Positions 9,455 to 16,993 of a DNA stretch of 64,000 nucleotides are shown here, in pieces (position 1 is the stretch's first letter; each line of letters opens with the position of its first letter). The stretch spans positions 14,629-78,628 of the forward strand of contig NYZP01000019.1 of NCBI GenBank assembly GCA_002687175.1, in the 5' to 3' direction. The stretch comes from Parcubacteria group bacterium (lineage in GTDB: Bacteria > Patescibacteriota > Patescibacteriia > Buchananbacterales > UBA6539). The notes beneath the pieces were generated by a model, which saw only the letters and a list, made by a program, of their open reading frames with translations, was not told the DNA's origin and did no database searches. Made by a program: the position numbers and the translations under genes.

Positions 9455-9745
9455 AAAAAGGGTAAGTACTCTAAGAGCACTTACCCACATGGAATCCTTG
9501 AGGCCGTTACAGGCAGTGACGGGGTCGGATTAGCTAAGTTGCGGTATTTCACACCATTGCTGGTTACCCTCCCGAGGAGGACAATTGCGACTAGCTGTTT
9601 CCCAGAGAAAACAGTTCACAGTCTCCCGCATATTCTAGGAAGTAGCCATCCCCTCAATAGGACCAATGCTAGGGATTCGAACCCTAGTACGACCAACCAC
9701 TGTTTCCATGATGCTAAGATATTATTCTAAATTTTAAAAAAAGTC
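9455..9745 (-). ncRNA. candidate small structured RNA of unknown family
   Basis: A ~250 nt GC-rich (~50%) non-coding stretch in a 30% GC genome. On the minus strand a sigma70-like promoter (TTGACT, 17 bp spacer, TAATAT) sits at ~9743-9715. There is a canonical T-loop-like GGTTCGAATCC with a 5-6 bp stem at 9677-9695. Bases near the predicted 5' end (CAUGGA) can pair with UCCAUG just before the 3' hairpin. The 3' end is a hairpin (9460-9486) followed by a U-run on the minus strand. No full tRNA cloverleaf and no tmRNA/RNase P/SRP consensus could be aligned by eye. Confidence 0.3.
9460..9486 (-). terminator. rho-independent terminator hairpin (U-tract on minus strand; may also attenuate plus-strand read-through)
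   Basis: GGGTAAGTACTC-TAA-GAGCACTTACCC forms a 12-bp stem with one mismatch. The A-tract on the plus strand is a U-tract on the minus strand. Confidence 0.55.
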
Positions 9746-9787
9746 AAGGATAAAAAAAGGCCCAACTACGTTAATTCGTAGTCGGGC
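9746..9787 (-). terminator. rho-independent terminator of the GC-rich 3-gene cassette
   Basis: The plus strand reads AAAAAAAGGCCCAACTACG-TTAATT-CGTAGTCGGGC. On the minus strand this is a GC hairpin followed by UUUUUUU, immediately 3' of the stop at 9805. Confidence 0.65.
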
Positions 9788-9804
9788 TTAATGGTTGTAC
9801 GGAT

Positions 9805-10035
9805 TTACAACTCTATTCCTTGTTGCTCCGCCCATTCTCCTAGGGTCAGGTCTCCAGTGTGTTCTTCGTAGAAACCAAACTCTGGATATTCCGTTATACT
9901 GGGATTCTGCTTGGCCTTCTTAAGGGCTTCAACTTTTTTATCGCATTTAGCGACAACCAGTTCTTGCCACTCTTCTTCCGTGTCGATAACTTCACCGACC
10001 TGTCCGGAAAAACCAAATTTTGGCCACTTTGCCAT
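9805..10035 (-). CDS. hypothetical small acidic protein (foreign GC-rich cassette, gene 3 of 3)
   Basis: 76 aa ORF at ~50% GC. A strong RBS AAAGGAG lies 7 nt upstream of the ATG. It is followed by the terminator above. Confidence 0.55.
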   Translation of the reverse strand: MAKWPKFGFSGQVGEVIDTEEEWQELVVAKCDKKVEALKKAKQNPSITEYPEFGFYEEHTGDLTLGEWAEQQGIEL

Positions 10036-10053
10036 TGCACGCTCCTTTCTGGT

Positions 10054-10338
10054 CTAGTCAAAAACCTCGTAGACCTTCTTGGCTTCCAGAAGAATTCCAT
10101 GCCTGCGCGCTATCAAAAGTACGAACTCCTCGGTCAAGTTGCGACCGCCGGTGGTAGTGCGATTATGCTCCTCTACACCGTTGAAGAATTCATCTTGCTC
10201 GGGATCAAAGCATGGCTCTTCAGGATCTCCTTTGGTTAGATCCCATACCTGGACAAAAGCACCAACGGCCGGATGGTGATCGACACCAAACGCCATGGCA
10301 AACTGTGGGCCACTGACAACTTCGCGACTCATTGGCAA
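10054..10338 (-). CDS. hypothetical protein (foreign GC-rich cassette, gene 2 of 3)
   Basis: 94 aa ORF with RBS GAAGGAGA 8 nt upstream of the ATG. It is 12 bp downstream of gene 1 and 18 bp upstream of gene 3. Confidence 0.55.
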   Translation of the reverse strand: MPMSREVVSGPQFAMAFGVDHHPAVGAFVQVWDLTKGDPEEPCFDPEQDEFFNGVEEHNRTTTGGRNLTEEFVLLIARRHGILLEAKKVYEVFD

Positions 10339-10350
10339 TCTCCTTCTCGG

Positions 10351-10899
10351 TTAAACCAGAATTAAATTCCGGTTAAGTTTGATTCTGCTGCCTTGAGGAA
10401 TCTTTTTAAATTCCTTTTTATACGTTGCATACTGTATTGCGGTCTGGTACCAAGTTGACCAACGAAGTTCATAATCACGGCCAGCTGGGTCGTAAATTCT
10501 TTTCAACTCTTCCTTGAGTTTACGCCCGTACCAGCAATTCCTGGCAAAGGCTAAGCCGAGGAGCCAGTAGGCTGGTTCCAAGGTTAATGGCCCGGCAGGA
10601 ACTGCGGGTATGGAAACTTCACCAGTGACCCAGGTTCTGTTTATCGGCGCGCCGATAAAGTGCCTGGCTATAACCACGTTTCTCCCGGCAGCTTTTATTC
10701 CTTCGGCAAAGCTTAAGATGCAGCGATGCCGTGGCATCCATCCACCGAGTGCTTCGCCTAACTCTTTGGCTGGGTCAAAAAACCAAGCCTCACCGCGGGC
10801 GTTAGTCACCAGTACTGAACGCTCATGTTGAGCAAATCCACTTCTAACAATAATGATCTGGTTCTTCAGTCTCTGTTTCATTCCAATATCCTCCGTCAA
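10351..10899 (-). CDS. hypothetical protein, 182 aa (foreign GC-rich cassette, gene 1 of 3)
   Basis: RBS GGAGGA 8 nt upstream of the ATG. GC is ~50% and the codon usage is unlike the flanking genes. No motif I can assign confidently. Confidence 0.55.
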   Translation of the reverse strand: MTEDIGMKQRLKNQIIIVRSGFAQHERSVLVTNARGEAWFFDPAKELGEALGGWMPRHRCILSFAEGIKAAGRNVVIARHFIGAPINRTWVTGEVSIPAVPAGPLTLEPAYWLLGLAFARNCWYGRKLKEELKRIYDPAGRDYELRWSTWYQTAIQYATYKKEFKKIPQGSRIKLNRNLILV

Positions 10900-11112
10900 G
10901 CTCCCACTTGAAAGAAGGAGCTGGTGTTGTTGTGCAAACAGGTTGTAAGGTACTTCACTAAATACGTCAGAATTCGCAATACTAATTTACCTGGTTTAGA
11001 TTCTATATTGTTAGCTATATTTTTAGCTAGATAGAATACTAAAAGTTAATATTTTAGGTAAAAAAATAAGCGAATATCAAACAATTCACTATACACTATT
11101 TTACCAATTTTG

Positions 11113-11487
11113 TCAATGTTTTGTATCTCTTTTCTTCTGTATTAACTGCAAAACAATAAAGGCAATAATACCAAGGGCATCAATACCAACATCCATAATA
11201 CTACCAACACGTCCCAGAACAAAAGATTGATGCCATTCATCAAAGCCGGCATATCCAATGGCAAAAATAAAAGCGACGAATAATGATCGCTTGATGCCTA
11301 GACCAATACCTTTGAATGCATTAAATACTAAATAGGCTAAAACAAAAAATTCTGCACCATGGGCAATTTTTCGAAAAATTAAATCCCAGACTGGCTGTAG
11401 TTCTGATTTTAAATCTGGTTGAGCTGACAGAAAATAGATCAAGTGCATCCAAAAGTAGATGAGTACAAAGTTGATTATTTTTTTCAT
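11113..11487 (-). CDS. VanZ-like family membrane protein
   Basis: 124 aa with 4 predicted TM helices. It has the conserved HGAEFFVLAYL (H-x2-E-[FY]-x2-L) block and the GFDEWHQSF block typical of VanZ-like proteins. Confidence 0.65.
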   Translation of the reverse strand: MKKIINFVLIYFWMHLIYFLSAQPDLKSELQPVWDLIFRKIAHGAEFFVLAYLVFNAFKGIGLGIKRSLFVAFIFAIGYAGFDEWHQSFVLGRVGSIMDVGIDALGIIAFIVLQLIQKKRDTKH

Positions 11488-11532
11488 ACAATTAAAGCTT
11501 AGTAAAAATAGAAATATAGTTCAAAAAAATTT

Positions 11533-11663
11533 AAAATTCAAAATTTCAAATTTCAAATAAATTACAAATACCAATGATCAAAACTTAAAAATAATGATGA
11601 AAGTATATTTGTAATTTTGGATTTTGGATTTATTTAGAATTTGTAATTTTGGTTTTTGGATTT
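11533..11663. repeat. AT-rich imperfect palindrome built from CAAAAT/ATTTTG short repeats
   Basis: AAATTCAAAATTTCAAATTTCAAATAAATTACAAATA (11533-11571) is mirrored by TATTTGTAATTTTGGATTTTGGATTT...TTTGTAATTTTGGTTTTTGGATTT (11606-11663). It overlaps the last 11 codons of the GT4 gene ending at 11630. It may act as an intergenic terminator or promoter-spacing element. Confidence 0.4.
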
Positions 11664-12817
11664 AACCCATTATAAATCTCATCAAGCTGCTCCCCAATAA
11701 TCTTCCAGTCATATTTGGCCTTAACTTTACGTCGGCCAGCTTTGCCAAATTGTAATGCTTCGTCTGTGTCAGTCAATAAATAATTAATCTTATCGGCTAA
11801 TCCTTCAACATCTTTTGGTTTAACTAATAAACCATTAACATCTTGAGTGACCACACTACGAACACCAACCAAATCAGAAGCAATCACTGGTTTACCACAA
11901 GCCATTCCTTCAACCAAGGCTAAACCAAAAGCTTCGGACTTATCTATAGACGGTAATACTACAACGTTGGCTAAATTGTAATACTTTGGTAAATCTTCAT
12001 TGGAGACGTATCCAGTAAACACGGTCTTAAATTCCATTTTAAATTGAGAGGCTAAATTAAAATATTCTTCTTTTAATTCTCCAGAACCGACGATTACCAG
12101 CTTCCAACTATAAGTCGTGTCACGTAAACGGCTCATTGCTTCAATTAAACCTTCTATGCCTTTAAAGTAATGAGCTTTATCTAAACCACCAACAAATAAC
12201 ACAACTTTATCTTCTGGTTTAATTTCATGTTTGGACATTAAAGTCTGACTTTTGTCTTGTGGCTGAAAATTACTTGTATCAACACCATTAGGTACTTCAA
12301 TAAACTTGTTTGGCTCTTTAGCCGCCAACTTGGCTAAGTCAGAATTTTTACCATAATCCATGGAGGTAAAAATAACTTTATCAACCATCTTAACAATCCT
12401 AGGTAATAACAAGATTTTATGAATTTTAAAAATTAATTTGAATAAACCTTCACCAACCACGTCCATGTGATAGTGCAAGACAATTTTTGCTCCCCGCTTT
12501 TTAAACTTGCGTTTATAAAACCAGATAGTTTCCGCTCCACCAAAAAAGGGATAGTGAAGATGAATAATATTAAAGTCCTTAAGCATCCAATGTAAGGCCG
12601 GGACAAAGGCGGCATTACCATACTTAAGAAGCGGCTTAATCCGCTTGATTTTTAGCTCTGTAAGCTCCTCTTTAAAGTCTTTGGCCTTATTATACTGTGG
12701 GGTGAAAATAGTGACGTCATGGCCTAATTTTGCCAGTTCCAGAGCATTTGAGGCAGCGACATTACCAATACCACCAGCATATGGCGGAAGAGTTGGCGTG
12801 ATAATAGCAATCTTCAT
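11630..12817 (-). CDS. GT4 family glycosyltransferase
   Basis: MKIAIITPTLPPYAGGIGNVA at the N-terminus. The EX7E region is SEAFGLALVEGMACGKPVIASDLVGVRSVV. Confidence 0.8.
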   Translation of the reverse strand: MKIAIITPTLPPYAGGIGNVAASNALELAKLGHDVTIFTPQYNKAKDFKEELTELKIKRIKPLLKYGNAAFVPALHWMLKDFNIIHLHYPFFGGAETIWFYKRKFKKRGAKIVLHYHMDVVGEGLFKLIFKIHKILLLPRIVKMVDKVIFTSMDYGKNSDLAKLAAKEPNKFIEVPNGVDTSNFQPQDKSQTLMSKHEIKPEDKVVLFVGGLDKAHYFKGIEGLIEAMSRLRDTTYSWKLVIVGSGELKEEYFNLASQFKMEFKTVFTGYVSNEDLPKYYNLANVVVLPSIDKSEAFGLALVEGMACGKPVIASDLVGVRSVVTQDVNGLLVKPKDVEGLADKINYLLTDTDEALQFGKAGRRKVKAKYDWKIIGEQLDEIYNGLNPKTKITNSK

Positions 12818-12976
12818 AATTTTACTTAGTTATTCTAACCTATATTTTAATAAATATCAATGATTTTAGCTAAAATTAGCTACTTATTCTCACTATCTAT
12901 TGACAAAATATTAAAAAGTGGAAACAAAAATCACAAACAAATACATCCGCAAGGATGAAAACAAGGAGAATGCCTT

Positions 12977-13249
12977 ATGGCAATTACTGCTGATGACACC
13001 CGTGTTGGGAATGGCAAAGTGACTGATGAAGAGTCAACCGTAGTCTGCCCTTGCTGCGCGGGAATCATGACGGAAGACCCTGACACCCCGAACGGTATGG
13101 GTGTCAAGGGCTACTATGATTGTCCGGTGTGTGGCTTTAGTCACGAGAGTTACCTGCATACGCAGGGAGAAGACGCCGAGATAATACGCCGGGGAGTGGT
13201 CTATATGGACAAACTCGCGGCGGAAGCAGAAAAGGGACGAGGATCTTAG
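12977..13249 (+). CDS. small zinc-ribbon protein (CPCC...CPVC), GC-rich, probably horizontally acquired
   Basis: 90 aa at ~55% GC. Four Cys are arranged CxCC-x21-CPVC. An AAGGAG RBS lies 8 nt upstream of the ATG. It has its own terminator downstream. Confidence 0.55.
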   Translation: MAITADDTRVGNGKVTDEESTVVCPCCAGIMTEDPDTPNGMGVKGYYDCPVCGFSHESYLHTQGEDAEIIRRGVVYMDKLAAEAEKGRGS

Positions 13250-13301
13250 CGAATGCTCGATCTTATCGAGAACTCCGAAGAAAGACCCTAAGCTGCCTCT
13301 C

Positions 13302-13340
13302 CCCCCCCCGGACCCCACCTGATCACGAAAAGTGTGACGG
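13302..13340 (+). terminator. rho-independent terminator
   Basis: GACCCCACC-TGATCACGAAAAGTGTGAC-GGTGGGGTTC followed by TTTTTTT. A poly-C run precedes it. Confidence 0.6.
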
Positions 13341-13380
13341 TGGGGTTCTTTTTTTACCTAAAATTATTAAATTAAAATCA

Positions 13381-13410
13381 TTGGATGAATTTAAAACAAT
13401 CTGCTATAAT
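13381..13410 (+). promoter_or_regulatory. sigma70-type promoter with extended -10 (TGcTATAAT) for the peroxiredoxin gene
   Basis: TGCTATAAT at 13402-13410. A weak -35 TTGGAT lies ~18 bp upstream. Confidence 0.5.
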
Positions 13411-13453
13411 ACAAACGCTAAAAAATAATAATTTATTAAGAAAGGATAAAACA

Positions 13454-14017
13454 ATGATTAAAATAAATGAACAAATTCCTGATTTAGAGTTTGAAATATT
13501 TCATAATGATGAAGAAAAAAAAGCTAAGTTATCTGACTATAAAGGCAAATGGTTAATTTTAGTATTTTACCCGGCAGATTTTACTTTTATTTGCCCCACT
13601 GAATTACAAGAGCTAGCTAAACATTATGAGGAATTTAAAAAATTAGATGCCGAAATTATCAGTGTTAGTACTGATACTGTCTTTGTTCATAAAGCCTGGC
13701 ATGATAATTCCGAGGCAATTAAGCAAGTACAATACCCAATGGCGGCTGACCCAACTGGAAAAATTTGTCGTGCCTTTGGAACTTACATTGAAGACGAGGG
13801 GCTTTCATTGCGAGGTAGTTTTATTATCGACCCTGATGGTTATCTAAAATCTTCCGAAATTCACGATAACAGCATTGGCCGAAGTGCCAAAGAACTCTTA
13901 CGAACTCTTCAGGCTGCTAAATTTGTCAAGGAACACAAGGGACAGGTGTGTCCGGCCAGCTGGGAACCAGGCGAAGATACCTTAGAACCAGGTATGGATC
14001 TTGTGGGTAAAATATAA
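13454..14017 (+). CDS. typical 2-Cys peroxiredoxin (AhpC/TSA family)
   Basis: Peroxidatic Cys in FTFICPTEL and resolving Cys in GQVCPASW. The most plausible start is the internal Met (MIKINEQIPD), which lies after a GGA-containing RBS. Confidence 0.8.
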   Translation: MIKINEQIPDLEFEIFHNDEEKKAKLSDYKGKWLILVFYPADFTFICPTELQELAKHYEEFKKLDAEIISVSTDTVFVHKAWHDNSEAIKQVQYPMAADPTGKICRAFGTYIEDEGLSLRGSFIIDPDGYLKSSEIHDNSIGRSAKELLRTLQAAKFVKEHKGQVCPASWEPGEDTLEPGMDLVGKI

Positions 14018-14046
14018 ATATACCTCACAAATAAAATTAACATCGT

Positions 14047-15162
14047 ATGAGCGCTAAAAATCAAATTTCTAATCTCCTGGCAAAAGCTGATGTTAAAATT
14101 AACGGAAAACGTTCGTGGGATATTCAAGTAAAAAACGAGGCTTTGTACAGTCGATTAATGTCGCAAGGTTCAATGGGCCTCGGTGAATCGTACATGGATG
14201 GCTGGTGGGAATCTGCTGAGCTGGATGAATTTTTTTCTAAAATTTTATCTGCTGATTTAAGTTCACAGATTAAACCAAGTCCGGCATTAATCTTTTCTTA
14301 CCTTAGGAGTAAAATGTTCAACCTACAGAAAAGCTCTCGAGCTTTCCAGATTGGCGAAAGACACTACGATGTCGGCAATGATTTGTACCAAGTAATGCTG
14401 GATAAACGAATGGTTTACACTTGTGCTTATTGGGACAAAGGGGCAAAAAATCTAGATGCTGCCCAGGAAGATAAACTTGATCTAGTTTGTAAAAAAATGA
14501 AATTTAAAAAGGGCCAGCGGGTATTAGATATTGGCTGTGGCTGGGGTAGTTTTGCTAAATATGCCGCTGAAAAATGTGGCGTCAAGGTTGTTGGGGTAAC
14601 AGTGTCTAAAAATCAAGTAAAATTGGGGAACAAATTATGCAAAGGCTTACCAGTTGAATTAAGACTGCAAGATTATCGCGAACTAAATGAAAAATTTGAC
14701 CACATTGTATCCTTGGGAATGTTTGAACATGTTGGTAAAAAAAATTATAGAACATACATGGAGGTGGCTTCAAGAAACTTAAAAGATAATGGACTTTTTT
14801 TACTACAAACTATTGGTAGTAATTTATCAACCAAATCACTCGATCCCTGGATTGAAAAATATATTTTTCCTAATTCAATTCTGCCATCAATCTCAGAAAT
14901 TGCCAAAGCCTCCGAGAATATATTCATCATGGAAGATTGGCACAATTTCTCTTATGATTATTATCTAACTCTAAAAAGCTGGTTTAATAATTTTGATTCA
15001 CACTGGGATGAACTTAAACAAAATTATGATCAACGGTTTTACAATATGTGGAAGTATTACTTAAAATCAACCGCCGGTGGTTTTAAGTCCCGTTCTATCC
15101 AGCTGTGGCAAGTAGTACTGTCTAAGCACGGTGTTACTGGTGGTTACAAGTCGGTGAGGTAA
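14047..15162 (+). CDS. cfa: cyclopropane-fatty-acyl-phospholipid synthase family SAM methyltransferase
   Basis: VLDIGCGWGSFAKYAAEKCGVKVVGVTVSKNQ matches motif I and the post-I block of the CFA synthase/mycolic acid cyclopropane synthase family. Length 371 aa. Confidence 0.75.
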   Translation: MSAKNQISNLLAKADVKINGKRSWDIQVKNEALYSRLMSQGSMGLGESYMDGWWESAELDEFFSKILSADLSSQIKPSPALIFSYLRSKMFNLQKSSRAFQIGERHYDVGNDLYQVMLDKRMVYTCAYWDKGAKNLDAAQEDKLDLVCKKMKFKKGQRVLDIGCGWGSFAKYAAEKCGVKVVGVTVSKNQVKLGNKLCKGLPVELRLQDYRELNEKFDHIVSLGMFEHVGKKNYRTYMEVASRNLKDNGLFLLQTIGSNLSTKSLDPWIEKYIFPNSILPSISEIAKASENIFIMEDWHNFSYDYYLTLKSWFNNFDSHWDELKQNYDQRFYNMWKYYLKSTAGGFKSRSIQLWQVVLSKHGVTGGYKSVR

Positions 15163-15184
15163 AATATTGTTCATAACATTACCA

Positions 15185-15283
15185 TTTGTCATTGCGAACC
15201 CCGCGTATGCGGGGTGAAGCAATCTCTGTCTATAGAGATTGCCACGTCGTCCCGCTAAAGCGGGACTCCTCGCAATGACAAAA
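15185..15283. repeat. MITE-like palindromic intergenic element B (related to element A)
   Basis: Terminal inverted repeat TTTGTCATTGCGAA (15185-15198) / CTCGCAATGACAAA (15268-15283). Three internal perfect hairpins: CCCCGC-GTAT-GCGGGG, GCAATCTCT-GTCTAT-AGAGATTGC and GTCCCGC-TAAA-GCGGGAC. Confidence 0.6.
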
Positions 15284-15293
15284 AGAAAAGAAT

Positions 15294-15605
15294 ATGCCTT
15301 TTATTACTGTTTACACAACCAATAAAAACTTGGCGGAAGCTAAAAAAATTGCTAACTCTTTACTTAAACAAAAGCTGATTGCTTGTGCGAATTTTTTTCC
15401 AATCAAGAATATGTATTGGTGGAAAGGTAAAATAGAAAATGATAATGAAGTTGTCAGTATTTTAAAAACTCGTAAAGAAAATTGGAATAAAGTAAAAAAC
15501 CAAATAAAAAAACTTCATTCTTATGAAGTCCCGTGTATTGAAAAATTTAATGTTAGCGCTAACAAAGATTACGAAAACTGGATTATCAAATCTACCAAAA
15601 AATAA
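15294..15605 (+). CDS. cutA: divalent-cation tolerance protein CutA (CutA1 family)
   Basis: 103 aa. MPFITVYTT at the N-terminus, ...ACANFFPI...SYEVPCIEKF, and the conserved YEVPE-like block. Length and layout are typical of CutA1. Confidence 0.7.
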   Translation: MPFITVYTTNKNLAEAKKIANSLLKQKLIACANFFPIKNMYWWKGKIENDNEVVSILKTRKENWNKVKNQIKKLHSYEVPCIEKFNVSANKDYENWIIKSTKK

Positions 15606-16644
15606 TTTTTCTAATTATTTGCCAATACAAATTAAAGATTGGGTTGGCAACATACTTTAACAACGGATTCTGAACATCTTGAAAATCTATTGTGCCGACA
15701 AACCGTTTGGTAATTTTTTTATCACTAACCTCCCTAATTTTTTGAGCCTTAGTTCTGGCTTTAGATATTTTTATCCAATTAATTGGATTTAAAAAATAGC
15801 CATAAACTTTTAAAAGCTCCCACCACCAACCACTAAAGAATGAATAAAAAAACATTGCTACACTCATTAAAAGACAGGCTGGGGTAATTAAAATCAGCGT
15901 TGGGAGTTTATAATTTTGCAAAATAATTAAATAGCGATTTCGTTCCATCAAATAAAACTTTTTGATGCTTCGGGAGAACTGATACTTATGATAAACAATT
16001 GATTCTGGTGCCAACATTATTTTATAGTCAGCCAATCTCAAGCGCCAACCAAGATCACTGTCCTCGTGATAAGCAAAAAAATCGGGATTAAAAAACCCGA
16101 CTTTTTTTAAAGAATAAACACGTAGCAACACACTTGCTCCGGAAGGATAGGTTATTTCTTTAGATTCCATTTCAGAATCTGGTTTTCGATAGCCACCAGC
16201 AAAACCAAATCCCAGATAATGAGTTTCATTACCGATGCTGTTAATTTTATCTTTGTCAGGATGCAGTAATAACTTTGATTGAACTGCACCAATTTTATGA
16301 TCACTGTCTGCCACGGCCACTGCTTTTTCTAAAAAATCTGGCTCTACTATCGTATCTTGATTTAATAAATAGACATAGTCAAAAGCATAGTCAACGGCAT
16401 ACTGTAAACCCATATTATTAGCGTGAGCAAAGCCATAATTTTTTTGATTTTCCAACAGTTTAAGTGCCCCCCAATTATTTTTTACATAATCAACTGAACC
16501 ATCGGTGGAACCATTATCAACCAAAAAAAACTCATACCTACCGCGTTCGTAGGTAATCTTTGATAAGCTAGTTAAACAATCGCGGAGATAATCCGCGCCG
16601 TTATATATTACAATTACTATTAAAACTCTTTTAGGGTTTATCAT
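15592..16644 (-). CDS. GT2 family glycosyltransferase
   Basis: N-terminal VLIVIVIYNGADYLRDCLTSL and DNGSTDGS (DXD-type region). A soluble GT-A domain is followed by a C-terminal hydrophobic segment. Confidence 0.75.
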   Translation of the reverse strand: MINPKRVLIVIVIYNGADYLRDCLTSLSKITYERGRYEFFLVDNGSTDGSVDYVKNNWGALKLLENQKNYGFAHANNMGLQYAVDYAFDYVYLLNQDTIVEPDFLEKAVAVADSDHKIGAVQSKLLLHPDKDKINSIGNETHYLGFGFAGGYRKPDSEMESKEITYPSGASVLLRVYSLKKVGFFNPDFFAYHEDSDLGWRLRLADYKIMLAPESIVYHKYQFSRSIKKFYLMERNRYLIILQNYKLPTLILITPACLLMSVAMFFYSFFSGWWWELLKVYGYFLNPINWIKISKARTKAQKIREVSDKKITKRFVGTIDFQDVQNPLLKYVANPIFNLYWQIIRKIIFW

Positions 16645-16993
16645 TAATATCTTTTAAAGCAGTATTTCGAACAACTTTAGTAATTTCTTTATCTATTTTT
16701 TCTAGCTTCACAATAATACGAAAAACAATAAAAAACAAGGTGATAACTGATAAGTACACTAATAGGTCGGCTCCTCGTTCAACACCTAGATACTGAGAGA
16801 TAGTATCGGTTTGTTGTGGTACCAAAGTAACTCCCACGACTAGCAACCAAAAAACTGTCCAAATAACCACTTCCCGGCTGGTGATCTCAGCTGCTTTAAA
16901 TCTAACAAAAGTACGCCACAGCACAAAAGCCGCAAAAATAATTATAATAACTTTAATAATCATCGACTTATTCTCCCCAGGATTAAATCCCAA
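16631..16993 (-). CDS. small integral membrane protein (DUF2304-like) coupled to the GT2 genes
   Basis: 120 aa with 3-4 predicted TM helices. It overlaps both neighbouring GT2 genes (14 and 34 bp). Confidence 0.45.
   Translation of the reverse strand: MGFNPGENKSMIIKVIIIIFAAFVLWRTFVRFKAAEITSREVVIWTVFWLLVVGVTLVPQQTDTISQYLGVERGADLLVYLSVITLFFIVFRIIVKLEKIDKEITKVVRNTALKDINDKP

Noticed and set aside
9539-9730. 63-aa plus-strand ORF inside the GC-rich non-coding segment
   Set aside because: No RBS and an odd composition (Pro/Ser/Thr-rich). It lies across the T-loop-like motif and between two terminators, so the region is more plausibly a non-coding RNA or a decayed fragment.
9660-9740. Possible tRNA gene, from the GGTTCGAATCC T-arm
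   Set aside because: I could not build a complementary 5' acceptor strand or D/anticodon arms within the expected ~75 nt on either strand. It is reported only as part of a candidate structured RNA, not as a tRNA.
9859-10279. Several overlapping ORFs (9859-10239 +, 9894-10100 -, 10079-10279 +, 10610-10831 +) inside the GC-rich cassette
   Set aside because: They lie antisense to, or out of frame with, three well-supported minus-strand genes that have strong RBSs. High GC inflates the number of spurious open frames.
12433-12863. Short ORFs 12433-12621 (-) and 12645-12863 (+) overlapping the GT4 gene 11630-12817
   Set aside because: Embedded in or antisense to a confidently called GT4 gene. No independent signals.
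13034-14127. ORFs 13034-13318 (-), 13647-13847 (+) and 13909-14127 (-) overlapping the zinc-ribbon and peroxiredoxin genes
   Set aside because: Antisense or out of frame relative to genes that have RBSs, family motifs and terminators. Spurious.
14745-14945. 66-aa minus-strand ORF within the CFA-synthase-like gene
   Set aside because: Antisense to a confidently called gene. No signals.
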